Assembly: GCA_041179225.1 (NCBI GenBank)
Contig: JBEGTV010000001.1
Span: forward strand, 1 to 26,693
Source: Deinococcota bacterium
GTDB taxonomy: Bacteria; Deinococcota; Deinococci; Deinococcales; JAAFIG01
Direction of reading: 5' to 3'
DNA: 26,693 nucleotides
The notes below the pieces were generated by a model. It worked only from the letters and a program-made list of their open reading frames with translations, had not been told where the DNA came from and made no database searches. Of this stretch, positions 8,681-18,254 are shown piece by piece (position 1 is the first letter of the stretch; each line of letters begins with the position of its first letter). The position numbers and the translations under genes were made by a program.

Positions 8681-10318
8681 TTACTTCGGTTCGTTCAAAA
8701 TCGTGATGCGCCCTTCGACTTTGGCATCAATGGTTTTTAAGGCTTGGAAGTATTCAGTCATAACACTGTAATCAGGTAAATAGGTGTCTATGCGTGTTCC
8801 TTTGGCGTTCTTTAAGGAATTAAAGCCGTCGCCACCAGCCGCTATAAAGTTATTAACCACAACTTTATAGGTTTTGCTGTCTTCAAGGACAACAAATCCA
8901 TCTTTGGCATTGCCAGTTTCGACTTTTGTAATTCTCGAGCCTGGCTTTTGGGCTAGGTCAAAGGTGTAACGCAATCCTGAAACTTGTAAGAAACGTCCGC
9001 CGCCTGCTTCCCAAGTAGATACGCCATTCTCGAGTGAAGCACGGACTTCTGCGCCTGTTAAGTCCATTACAAAAAGGGTGTTACCGAACGGTTGAACATC
9101 AATCAGTTGCCCTTGAGTGACCGCCCCAGCTTCGATACTAGCGCGAACACCACCACCGTTTTGAAATGAAATCGTGGTGTTGTAGGTGCGGGTTTTCCAA
9201 AGGTTCGCATCGGCAATCACGTTACTTAGATTGGTTTCGCGTTTGCGGACATCGGCACGATCACCATTTAAGCGTACAGCAGCAGTGCCAATCACATTGC
9301 GTCTAAAGGCTTCGATAGGCACTGTGAAGGCTTTGACCGTAGCAGCCAGTCGTGCATCGGATTTGAAGGCATTGGTGACTGGTATTGGTGTGCCTTTCCA
9401 AAATTGCGGTGTACCATCGGCGAGGAATGTAACGCGCATACTGCCGTAAACCTTGCCCCATTCCCAGCTTTGCAAAACCAGAATGTTTTTGCCAGCCGCA
9501 TCTTTTAAGACTGTTGGGTAATTGCCTTCGGAAGTGGGTAAGCCATTGCCCTCGAGTTTACCAAGTGGGGTGTGTGAATGACCACCAACAATTACACCAA
9601 CCCCAGTTAGTTCTTTAGCCAGTACAACATCTTTGGAGTACCCAAGGTGGCTAAGCAAAATAATTTTTGTTACACCAGTGGCGCGTAACCTGTCCACTTC
9701 GGCTTGTACCGATGTTCTAGGGTCAAGGAATTTAACTTTATCGCCGGGGCTGCTGGTGATTGGGGTATCTGGTGTGGTCACGCCAACAATCCCAACTTTT
9801 TGCCCTTGAACCTCGAGAACCGTAGATTTTTTGAGAATATCTTTAAGTAATGGCTCGGCACTGGCATCCACATTGGCACTGACCACAGGAAAAGTTGCAT
9901 TCTTAATGTAATCGGCAAGCGGGGCTGCGCCACCATCAAATTCGTGATTGCCAATGGTTTGGGCTTGCACCCCAAAAGATTCCATATAAGCAAGATCGGC
10001 AAGTCCTTTGTAAATCATGCCGTAAATCGTGCCAGTAAAGACATCACCAGCATCCACCACAATTGGATTAACCGCGCCTTGTTTAAGGGTTTCGATAGCA
10101 CTTTTAATCCGAGCAACCCCACCGTACTGCACACTAAATGCCTTGCCAGCCGCATCTGTACCCGCAATTGTGGTTGGCTCGAGATGATCGTGGGTGTCAT
10201 TACAGTGCAAAATAGTCAGGGTTAATGCCCCACTTTGGGCTTGGGCTTGCTGTGTGCCAACTGCCGTGCTTGCCCCTGCCACACCGAATAGTTTAAGAAT
10301 ATCGCGTCTTGAAATCAT
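8681..10318 (-). CDS. Tat-exported bifunctional metallophosphatase/5'-nucleotidase
   Basis: Twin-arginine signal SRRDILK; metallophosphatase motifs NDTHDH, DAGD, GNHEFD and GGHSH; C-terminal 5'-nucleotidase domain (NGGGVR, LQVSGL); AAGGAGG RBS. Confidence 0.93.
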   Translation of the reverse strand: MISRRDILKLFGVAGASTAVGTQQAQAQSGALTLTILHCNDTHDHLEPTTIAGTDAAGKAFSVQYGGVARIKSAIETLKQGAVNPIVVDAGDVFTGTIYGMIYKGLADLAYMESFGVQAQTIGNHEFDGGAAPLADYIKNATFPVVSANVDASAEPLLKDILKKSTVLEVQGQKVGIVGVTTPDTPITSSPGDKVKFLDPRTSVQAEVDRLRATGVTKIILLSHLGYSKDVVLAKELTGVGVIVGGHSHTPLGKLEGNGLPTSEGNYPTVLKDAAGKNILVLQSWEWGKVYGSMRVTFLADGTPQFWKGTPIPVTNAFKSDARLAATVKAFTVPIEAFRRNVIGTAAVRLNGDRADVRKRETNLSNVIADANLWKTRTYNTTISFQNGGGVRASIEAGAVTQGQLIDVQPFGNTLFVMDLTGAEVRASLENGVSTWEAGGGRFLQVSGLRYTFDLAQKPGSRITKVETGNAKDGFVVLEDSKTYKVVVNNFIAAGGDGFNSLKNAKGTRIDTYLPDYSVMTEYFQALKTIDAKVEGRITILNEPK

Positions 10319-10470
10319 AGTTCCTCCTTGGATTTGCTCAATGCTTAGTTTACTCGAGAATCGTTGTAAAAGAAATCTGAACAGATTGCTGTCAAGGGTT
10401 TGTCATGAAATGGTGTCTAATTAAGTTTTTTTTGAAGTGTGTTGTGCTGTGCTACATTGCTTTTTTACTG

Positions 10471-10489
10471 ATGTGACGGGCATGTGACG
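10471..10489. promoter_or_regulatory. Direct repeat ATGTGACG with an 11-bp period (candidate tandem regulator site)
   Basis: ATGTGACG at 10471-10478 and 10482-10489; a second 11-bp-period pair, TGTCA, lies at 10390 and 10401. Confidence 0.4.
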
Positions 10490-10527
10490 CGGCTCGGGTA
10501 GCATTACTGCGAGGAAAAACAATTAAA

Positions 10528-10668
10528 ATGAAAAAACAAGAATACCAAATCCCGTGTCTCGAGACGTATCAATGGCAAGTATTAACAGGTGTTTCATTGC
10601 CAATTGGAACAAGTGGCTTACCAGAGAACCTTTTCAATGACTTCCTTGAATTCGAGGAACAACCATGA
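10528..10668 (+). CDS. 46-aa peptide with a YxxPxL...LTG leader-like motif (absent from the ORF track)
   Basis: MKKQEYQIPCLETYQWQVLTGVSLPIGTSGLPENLFNDFLEFEEQP*. GAGG lies upstream, the stop overlaps the lipoprotein ATG (ATGA), and a paralog lies at 22868-22999. Confidence 0.78.
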   Translation: MKKQEYQIPCLETYQWQVLTGVSLPIGTSGLPENLFNDFLEFEEQP

Positions 10669-13600
10669 AAAAAGTTATTACTCTAGCATTGTTGCCAGTG
10701 GCACTGATGGCATGTTTACAAGCCCCAAGCCCAGAAGTCAAACCAGTTTCCCCAGACCAGACATTCAAACCCACACTTTTAGGCAGTGTGACTTTGCAGA
10801 TAGATAGTAATTTGGGAATCCAAGGGTCAAAATTTATTCCAAATCGTCGGCTCTCGAGCCAAACCCTTAGCCCAGTCACCGAAAGCAATTTGGTGTTCAC
10901 TCGAGAAACACTGGTCAACATTGACCGTCCGAGCAGTGGCGACAGGTACTTGAACGCGCCGTTTAAGGTCACAAACAATAACTCGAGCAACTTGCAGAAT
11001 TTAACGCTGGTGGCGTATCACAAAAACGGCAATGTTGGCGGCAGTGCCTTTAAGGACATTCAAACCTTTGGTGGCACACTCAACCCAAATGTCAATACAC
11101 TGCTGCCAATTCACACCATGACAGGTTCTGGAACTGTTGTGGTGGACAATACCAAAGCTGACCTACAAATTTTTACTCGAGGTGAAATTGCTACACTGAC
11201 CACTGCCTCAGCCGCACCAAATGGCACGTTACTCAATCCAGGCGAAGGAATTTTGCATTATGGTTTTATTGCCCGTAAAGGCAGCAGTGGAACGTACCGC
11301 ACGATTGCAGGAACAGCTTGTGATCCAGTTGCAAACGTAGGTTGTAACGAAGGCACGATAAACCTTGCGTTGCGAGTCCCACAAACTACCGACCCAAGCG
11401 GAGTAAACGCCCCAGCTTACCGGTACAGCATGACTTTCTTGGTGTTTACCGACAGCGCTGCTCGAGTCACCGAAAGCATCGAAGAACAAGGCACAACCAA
11501 CGCGGCGACTCGAGCTACTGCCCTTGGAGGTTCACCGCAAGTCGTGGCAATGTGCGGCACGAGCCGAAGTTCAAGCAACACCACGTACATCACAGGGGTT
11601 CGTACTGTTGGGGTTGGGGTCAACACCGAAACAGCTTTGATGGGTGGGAAATTTGTACTCACCAGTACCACAACGCCGAATTTCACGGTTAATGGCAATA
11701 TCTCTAAGAATTTTAATACTGCCAGTGGCTTACTCAGCACAGGACTTTCGGCGTTGGGTGGCGCAACCCTGACAACTGCTCTTGTGGGAACACCAACCAA
11801 CTCGAGTAACATAACGGTCAATACAGATGGAAGTCTAAGCATTAACCCAGCCGCGAATTTACGCACCACCGATAGTTTTAATTATTCGATTGCTGATGGA
11901 ACATGCACTTGGACACGTCCGGCTGGTGTAACCATCCAAAACGCCGTGACTTGGTTTGTCAAAAACAATGTGGCAACCACAGGCGATGGGCGCTTCTCGA
12001 GTCCATTCAAAACACTGGTTGAGGCACAAACGGCTTCGCTTGCCAATGACACAATTTATGTGTACAACGGCGATAACAGCACCACAGGGCAGAATGCTGG
12101 AATTACCTTAAAGGCGGGTCAAAAACTGATTGGGCAAGGTGTGGCGCTAACCGTTGGTGGGGATGCCATTGAAGTAGCTGGAACAAACGCCAAAGTGGGC
12201 AATGGGGCTGGAACGGCTATAATGTTAAGCACCAATAACACCTTGAATGGACTTGATGTCAACACTACAGGAATTGGGATTAGCGGCTCGAGTTTTGGAA
12301 CGCTGACAGTCAGTGCTGTGAATGTGAATGTCAGTAACAATACTGCTCTGAATTTAGCAACGGGTACGCTGGCTGCGACCTTTGGTACAATCACTTCTGC
12401 CAATGGGGTAAATGGCGTATCGTTTGATGGTTGTGATGGTACAATCACAGCCACTAATGGCACTTTAAGCTCAAGCAGTGGTCCAGCTAATCATGTTGTC
12501 AACATCGTCAATACCAGTGGAACGAACAGCCTCAACTTTACTTATGGCGGTACAATCAACAAAACCACGGATGGCGCGGCTGTGAATATCCTTGGCTTAA
12601 GTGGTACAGGAGCAGCAACCTTCAATGGTAACGTGACTGGCAATAATGTTTCCGATGGAGTAATGATCAATACCACTTCGCGTCCTGTCACCTTTAGTAC
12701 CCTTTACCTTGGTACAAGCGCGGCACGCTTTACAACGACTCCCGTTGCCCTTGTTGGGAATACTGGTGCAGTTGACCTTGGTGTGTTCACCAGCTATACC
12801 AACGCTGTTCCAGCACTGGAGATCAATTACAGCATTGCCAGCCCGGGGTTGGTCACAACAGATGCGGGTAGTTTATTAGATGCCACTGGTGCAGCTACTG
12901 CATTACTTGTTTCGCATTCAACCAGCCAGTCTTTGAACTTGAATTTTGCAACAATTTCAGCCACTGGTGCTGGAACTCATGGTGTCAACCTCAATCGCAG
13001 TAGTGGTAGCCTGACTGTGACAGGCTCAACCGCCTTTGGTGCAAAGACCGTGGCGGGTATTCAAATCACCAACTCGAGTCTTGCCACGAGTTTTAAGAAA
13101 GTGGATGTGAATGGTGCAGCCGATGGCGTGAAACTGAGCGCCAATACTGGCAGTTTTAGCATCACTGGCGATGGAAATTGGGTTAATGTTCATACCAACA
13201 GCGCAGGCGGAACATTCACTAATCTGACCAACAACGCTTTTGACCTGACCAGTGTTCAGAATGTTCAATTGACAGACATCACCATCAATGGAACAGGCAG
13301 CCACGGTGTGATTGGTTCGGGTGTGAGCGGCACGACCATCTTCTCGAATGTTGATATGACCAATATCGGTAACGCAGATAATGAACACGTCTTTAACTTC
13401 CAAGAGGGTGCAGTTTCTGGCGCACAAGTGAGTGGCTCGTTCGAGGTGAATAATAGCGAGATTAGTAACTTCACCGACAATGGTGTTTACCTCGAGAACT
13501 TTACTGGGACCTTAGATTTTCGCTGGACGAACAATAACCTTCGGAACAACATCACGACTACAGCCTGTGGTGGTGGAAACTGTAATGGTAACGGCATTTT

Positions 13601-14477
13601 GTTGCGGGCTGACGGCACATCGCGCATCAATGCCTTGATCTTAAACGCCGTCTTTGAGGACATTGATGGTATCGGGGTTACTGCCAACCCAGAAGGCAAT
13701 AGCGGCGCACGAATGGACATTAACATTGCTCAAAGCAATTTCACGGCTGAACCTTATGGTGGGACGGGTAACACCAACAATGGCGAAACCGCCATCAGCC
13801 TGCGGAACCAACAGGGCAACAGCATCATGAACTTTCGTTTGTTCTCCAACGATATTAATGATTATACTGGTGAACTAGCGTTGGGCGTGGTTGAGATTGA
13901 AGGCGGCGATTTCACCACCACCAATGGTATCATTGACACGCTTTACATCTATCATGCTCACGCAGGTAATGGACTCCAAATTTTTGCGGATGGCGCAAAT
14001 ACTGGTGGTAGTGGCACAACGAACTTCACCATGAATGTCTCGATGAATGACATCAATTTCCTTGCGGCAACACCCATTTTGGGCAGCTCTATTTTGCTCA
14101 GCAACAATGGGGCGATTTCCGGAAGCATAGTACAGGGCAACTACATTATAACCAATAGTAGATTATTAGCAAATGCAACTGGCACGAGTCGGCGTACACT
14201 AACAATCAATGCAAGGGATTTTAACGATGTCTGTGCGCGAGTTCAAACCAATATCATAGCAGCAGGCACATCTGGTACTCAACCATCAATCAATTTGTCT
14301 TATAACGGTTCAGGTGCAGTTCGTTTACAAGGAATGAGCGGGTCAGGAGACACGAACGCAATAGCTTATCTCGGTGCAAACAATACACTATCTGTTGCTG
14401 CCATTTCTGGTCCGAACAACAATGTAACCAGCGCGACCTGTACCACCCCAACCATCCCTGGAGTATTCCCGTTCTAA
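10665..14477 (+). CDS. 1270-aa lipoprotein: shared N-terminal domain, Ig/cadherin-like domain, right-handed beta-helix-like passenger
   Basis: Lipobox LMA|C. Residues ~1-316 align with the 22996 protein. NTDGSLSINPAANLRTTDSFNYSIADG is Ig-like. WFVKNNVATTGDGRFSSPFKTLVEAQTASLANDTIYV is a typical beta-helix start, followed by N/G/T/S-rich coils. Confidence 0.88.
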   Translation: MKKVITLALLPVALMACLQAPSPEVKPVSPDQTFKPTLLGSVTLQIDSNLGIQGSKFIPNRRLSSQTLSPVTESNLVFTRETLVNIDRPSSGDRYLNAPFKVTNNNSSNLQNLTLVAYHKNGNVGGSAFKDIQTFGGTLNPNVNTLLPIHTMTGSGTVVVDNTKADLQIFTRGEIATLTTASAAPNGTLLNPGEGILHYGFIARKGSSGTYRTIAGTACDPVANVGCNEGTINLALRVPQTTDPSGVNAPAYRYSMTFLVFTDSAARVTESIEEQGTTNAATRATALGGSPQVVAMCGTSRSSSNTTYITGVRTVGVGVNTETALMGGKFVLTSTTTPNFTVNGNISKNFNTASGLLSTGLSALGGATLTTALVGTPTNSSNITVNTDGSLSINPAANLRTTDSFNYSIADGTCTWTRPAGVTIQNAVTWFVKNNVATTGDGRFSSPFKTLVEAQTASLANDTIYVYNGDNSTTGQNAGITLKAGQKLIGQGVALTVGGDAIEVAGTNAKVGNGAGTAIMLSTNNTLNGLDVNTTGIGISGSSFGTLTVSAVNVNVSNNTALNLATGTLAATFGTITSANGVNGVSFDGCDGTITATNGTLSSSSGPANHVVNIVNTSGTNSLNFTYGGTINKTTDGAAVNILGLSGTGAATFNGNVTGNNVSDGVMINTTSRPVTFSTLYLGTSAARFTTTPVALVGNTGAVDLGVFTSYTNAVPALEINYSIASPGLVTTDAGSLLDATGAATALLVSHSTSQSLNLNFATISATGAGTHGVNLNRSSGSLTVTGSTAFGAKTVAGIQITNSSLATSFKKVDVNGAADGVKLSANTGSFSITGDGNWVNVHTNSAGGTFTNLTNNAFDLTSVQNVQLTDITINGTGSHGVIGSGVSGTTIFSNVDMTNIGNADNEHVFNFQEGAVSGAQVSGSFEVNNSEISNFTDNGVYLENFTGTLDFRWTNNNLRNNITTTACGGGNCNGNGILLRADGTSRINALILNAVFEDIDGIGVTANPEGNSGARMDINIAQSNFTAEPYGGTGNTNNGETAISLRNQQGNSIMNFRLFSNDINDYTGELALGVVEIEGGDFTTTNGIIDTLYIYHAHAGNGLQIFADGANTGGSGTTNFTMNVSMNDINFLAATPILGSSILLSNNGAISGSIVQGNYIITNSRLLANATGTSRRTLTINARDFNDVCARVQTNIIAAGTSGTQPSINLSYNGSGAVRLQGMSGSGDTNAIAYLGANNTLSVAAISGPNNNVTSATCTTPTIPGVFPF

Positions 14478-14519
14478 TAGCTACTAGCTACTGGCAAGAT
14501 TCACAATCATAGTTTCGGC

Positions 14520-14643
14520 AATAGTCTGGAATGATTTTGATTTTTTTGGTCATTAACGCATTTATTTTCCGTAGGGCGAATTTTGTATTCGCCCTATAGA
14601 ACGACATAAATTGGAATTCCCTAAAGAAATATTCCAGACTATT
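14520..14643. mobile_element. 124-bp MITE/REP-like element, copy A
   Basis: Perfect 13-bp terminal inverted repeats AATAGTCTGGAAT / ATTCCAGACTATT. A central GTAG-initiated hairpin TAGGGCGAAT-tttgt-ATTCGCCCTA lies at 14572-14596. A homolog lies at 22632-22756. Confidence 0.65.
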
Positions 14644-14678
14644 CACTATTCAAAACCTATAAAGAGTAAACTAGAATC

Positions 14679-15071
14679 ATGGAAATTAAGTCTTGGCAAC
14701 CTTTAAGTCAATTGGCTAAAATTCGTGAGCGGGTGGCGCAAATCTCTCAGCGTTCGGGTTGGTCGCCTGCCGCAGATTGGTTTGAATCCGACGATGCGCT
14801 GCTGCTGGTCTTGGACGCTCCGGGCTTAGATATGTCGTTGCTCGAGTTAAACCATGATGGTAATTTACTCACGGTTACGGGGACAAGAGAAGACCAAGGT
14901 TACGGGCAGCGTTTACATGGCGAGCGCCCACTGGGTTCTTTTTCACGGGTTCTCGAGATTCCAGTGCTTGTCGAACCAGATTCTGGGGTGGCGCAGTACC
15001 GTGCGGGTCAACTCGAGATTCGGTTTGGTAAATTGGGGCGTACCATCACCATAGATGCTGGTCGGGGCTAA
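14679..15071 (+). CDS. Hsp20/alpha-crystallin family small heat-shock protein
   Basis: PAADWFESDDALLLVLDAPG, LTVTGTR, ERPLGSFSRVLEIP and AQYRAGQLEI; TAAACT-N6-ATG. Confidence 0.88.
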   Translation: MEIKSWQPLSQLAKIRERVAQISQRSGWSPAADWFESDDALLLVLDAPGLDMSLLELNHDGNLLTVTGTREDQGYGQRLHGERPLGSFSRVLEIPVLVEPDSGVAQYRAGQLEIRFGKLGRTITIDAGRG

Positions 15072-15072
15072 A

Positions 15073-15816
15073 ATGCGTTTTTTGTTGGTGCTGCTTTTAT
15101 TTGTAGGCGTTGCCACTGCCCAAGTGACTGATTTGGCTGTGTTGCGGTCACGGATCGAACAAGGAGATTTTTTAAGTGCTATTCCTAAACTCGAGGCGCA
15201 TGTGAAAGTGCGTCCTTCGGATGCCGAAGCCTATTTTTTGTTGTCTCGAGCGCTTTATTTGGCGGGTGGAGCGGTCTATTTATCTCGGGCCGAGGATGCG
15301 ATCAATCAGTGTTTTCGGCTCTCGAACTTGCCGCGTCCAGAGTCGTATTGGCAACGTGGGCTTATTCGGGCGGGTACAAACCGTTTTAAGGATGCGCTGC
15401 TTGATTTACGGGTGGCTTCGAGCAGCAGCACACGGGCTAATCCTAAAGAAGTTTACCGGTATGCAATGGATTGGGGGGCAGTTGCTTGGCGCTCAGGGGA
15501 TTTAACTCAAGCACTCGAGGCGTACCGTCGGGCAGTGCGTTTAGACCCTATTCAGGCATTGCCGTGGCTGCATCAGGGGACGTTGTTGCTGTCTTTAGAA
15601 GATGCCAAAGAAGCCGAGGCTGCCTTAAGCAAAGCCATTGGTTTAATGCAAGCCCAAAAACACCCAGCCTTAGCTGAAGCCTTTTATTGGCGTGGAGTGG
15701 CTTTAGAACGTCAAAATAAACTCGAGGCTGCCAAAGAAAATTATCGTCGGGCGTTAGAACAAAATCCCAGTCATGTGGCGGCAAAAATGGCACTTGAGGC
15801 ACTGACAAGCAAGTGA
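15073..15816 (+). CDS. Secreted tetratricopeptide repeat protein
   Basis: Signal peptide MRFLLVLLLFVGVATA|Q; TPR-like units such as ALEAYRRAVRLDP, AFYWRG and AKENYRRALEQNP. Confidence 0.85.
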   Translation: MRFLLVLLLFVGVATAQVTDLAVLRSRIEQGDFLSAIPKLEAHVKVRPSDAEAYFLLSRALYLAGGAVYLSRAEDAINQCFRLSNLPRPESYWQRGLIRAGTNRFKDALLDLRVASSSSTRANPKEVYRYAMDWGAVAWRSGDLTQALEAYRRAVRLDPIQALPWLHQGTLLLSLEDAKEAEAALSKAIGLMQAQKHPALAEAFYWRGVALERQNKLEAAKENYRRALEQNPSHVAAKMALEALTSK

Positions 15817-15836
15817 TAAAACTTGTATAATCTTAC

Positions 15837-17324
15837 ATGTTTGGTGAATATAATCCCACGGGTTTTTTCGATGAGATGTTCGATGGTGTAAAACCTCGAG
15901 ACCATTACGCCCCGATTCTGGATCGGATGAATGCAATCACCAAATCAGAATTCGAGCGACGACGAGCAGCTTCGGATTTAACTTTTCGCAATCAAGGCAT
16001 TACCTTTACAGTGTATGGGGATTCCCAAGGTACGGAACGCACTTTTCCGTTTGATCCTGTGCCTCGGATTATTCCAGCCACTGAATGGGCGCATTTGGAA
16101 CGTGGTTTAACGCAGCGTGTGCTTGCCTTAAATGCTTTTCTGCGCGATATTTACGGCGAACAAGCCATTCTGCGTGATAATGTCATGCCAAGGGAATTGG
16201 TTTTATCTTGTAGTAATTTTCGGCGCGAGGTTTTTGGGCATAAACTGCCGCTTGGGGTTTTTACCCATATTGTTGGTTCGGATTTAGTCCGTAACGAACG
16301 CGGCGAATACCTTGTTCTCGAGGATAATTTGCGTACTCCAAGCGGGGTTTCGTATGTGCTGGCAAACCGCACTGCCCTAACTCGTACCTTGCCGGGTTTA
16401 TTTGAAGGCATGAATGTCCGCCCTGTGCAGCACTACACCACGGTGCTGCTCGAGGTGCTGCGTTCCTTGTCGCAACGCGATAACCCTGTGGTGGTGGTGC
16501 TAACACCGGGCATGTACAACTCGGCGTATTTTGAACATGCTTTTTTAGCCCAGCAAATGGGGGTGGAACTGGTTGAAGGCAGGGATTTATTTGTAGCCGA
16601 TGGCAGGGTCTGGATGCGAACCACGACTGGACGCGCTCAAGTGGATGTGATTTATCGCCGTGTGGATGATGATTTCCTTGACCCAGTGGCTTTTAGGTCA
16701 GACAGTGCGCTTGGTGTACCGGGCTTACTCGAGGTTTATAAGGCTGGTCGGGTGGCGCTGGCGAACGCAGTTGGGGCTGGAGTTGCCGATGACAAAGCGG
16801 TTTATGCTTACGTGCCGAAAATGATTGAGTATTATTTGGGTGAAAAACCGATTTTGGGTAATGTTCCGACCATGCTCGGTTGGGATAAAGCCGACTTAGA
16901 CGTGATGTTTTCTAAGCCATCTGAATTGGTCTTTAAGGCAGTCGGAGAAGCGGGTGGTTATGGAATGCTGGTCGGACCTGCCAGTACCAATGCCGAAATC
17001 AAAGACTATTTAGAAGATGTCAAAGCCAACCCCAGAAATTACATTGCCCAACCAGTTATTCCACTCTCGAGACATCCAACTTATTACCCAGACAGTGGCA
17101 AAATGGAAGCCTGTCATGTGGATTTACGTCCGTACATTCTGTGTGGCGAAAAAGTCACGATTATCCCCGGGGGTTTAACCAGAGTCGCCCTTAAACGTGG
17201 CAGTTTGGTGGTGAATTCTAGTCAGGGCGGCGGCAGCAAAGACACTTGGGTTCTCGAGGATGACGGGCAGACACAAAGTTCACAGGTTCAAAATTCACAG
17301 TCGCAAAGCCAAAGGAGCGCATAA
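15837..17324 (+). CDS. Circularly permuted type 2 ATP-grasp protein (DUF404/DUF407-type)
   Basis: [89 protein letters not shown] and a Q/S-rich tail. Confidence 0.92.
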   Translation: MFGEYNPTGFFDEMFDGVKPRDHYAPILDRMNAITKSEFERRRAASDLTFRNQGITFTVYGDSQGTERTFPFDPVPRIIPATEWAHLERGLTQRVLALNAFLRDIYGEQAILRDNVMPRELVLSCSNFRREVFGHKLPLGVFTHIVGSDLVRNERGEYLVLEDNLRTPSGVSYVLANRTALTRTLPGLFEGMNVRPVQHYTTVLLEVLRSLSQRDNPVVVVLTPGMYNSAYFEHAFLAQQMGVELVEGRDLFVADGRVWMRTTTGRAQVDVIYRRVDDDFLDPVAFRSDSALGVPGLLEVYKAGRVALANAVGAGVADDKAVYAYVPKMIEYYLGEKPILGNVPTMLGWDKADLDVMFSKPSELVFKAVGEAGGYGMLVGPASTNAEIKDYLEDVKANPRNYIAQPVIPLSRHPTYYPDSGKMEACHVDLRPYILCGEKVTIIPGGLTRVALKRGSLVVNSSQGGGSKDTWVLEDDGQTQSSQVQNSQSQSQRSA

Positions 17325-18241
17325 TGTTATCTCGAGTTGCTGAAAATCTTTTTTGGATAGCGCGGTACATTGAACGCGCTGAGAGTTCATCGCGCTTACT
17401 AGACGTGAATTATTATGCAACTTTAGAAGGTGGCAATCTGGTGCAAGAACAGTGGTTGCCGCTCCTTAAAATCACGGGTGGCGAAAAAGCCTTTAGAGAA
17501 CAACACCCCAAAGCCGATTCTAAAAGTGTGCCATTCTGGTTGGCATTTGATTTATATAACCCGTCCAGCATTTGCAGTACCTTGACCCAAGCCCGCGAAA
17601 ACGCCCGCAGCTTACGCGACCGAATCTCGAGTGAAATGTGGGAGTGTATCAACAAGGCATACCACGAACTTTGTTTTGACACTGATTCAGTCATTGCCAA
17701 CGATGCACTGCATGAATACTGCAATCGGGTGCGCGAAACCAGTCATTTGTTTTTTGGAATTGCCTTGTCTACATTGCTGCGCGACGAAGGCTGGCAGTTC
17801 TTGCGTTTAGGACAACTGATTGAACGTGCCGATAATTTACTACGAATCCTGCAAGTGCGTTACCAAAACTCCGAAACCAGTGTGGTTGCCGATGCACTGG
17901 AAAATCACCGTTGGATGGCGCTCCTAAAAACTGTTTCGGCATACGAAGCCTACCGCAAGCGTTACCACACCAGATTAGAACCACAAAACATTGCTGAGTT
18001 TCTGCTCTTAGATTCAACTTTTCCACGCAGTGTGATTTACGCGGTCGAAGGGGTGCGTGACAGCCTTAAAAAATTACCTAATGCCAGTAAAATCCAACAC
18101 GAAACCAATTGGTTAGCGGCACGGCTCGAGCATAGCCAAGTCAGTGATATGCTCGACCAAGACGCACTCGAGAAGATACTCGAAGATGTTAATGCGATAG
18201 GGGCAATGGTACAAAGCACTTATTTTCATTTGAACAGCTAA
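17324..18241 (+). CDS. Alpha-E domain-containing protein (DUF403)
   Basis: [46 protein letters not shown] and FPRSV; 1-nt overlap with the ATP-grasp stop, which is the canonical pairing. Confidence 0.92.
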   Translation: MLSRVAENLFWIARYIERAESSSRLLDVNYYATLEGGNLVQEQWLPLLKITGGEKAFREQHPKADSKSVPFWLAFDLYNPSSICSTLTQARENARSLRDRISSEMWECINKAYHELCFDTDSVIANDALHEYCNRVRETSHLFFGIALSTLLRDEGWQFLRLGQLIERADNLLRILQVRYQNSETSVVADALENHRWMALLKTVSAYEAYRKRYHTRLEPQNIAEFLLLDSTFPRSVIYAVEGVRDSLKKLPNASKIQHETNWLAARLEHSQVSDMLDQDALEKILEDVNAIGAMVQSTYFHLNS

Positions 18242-18254
18242 AAAAGGAATCAGA

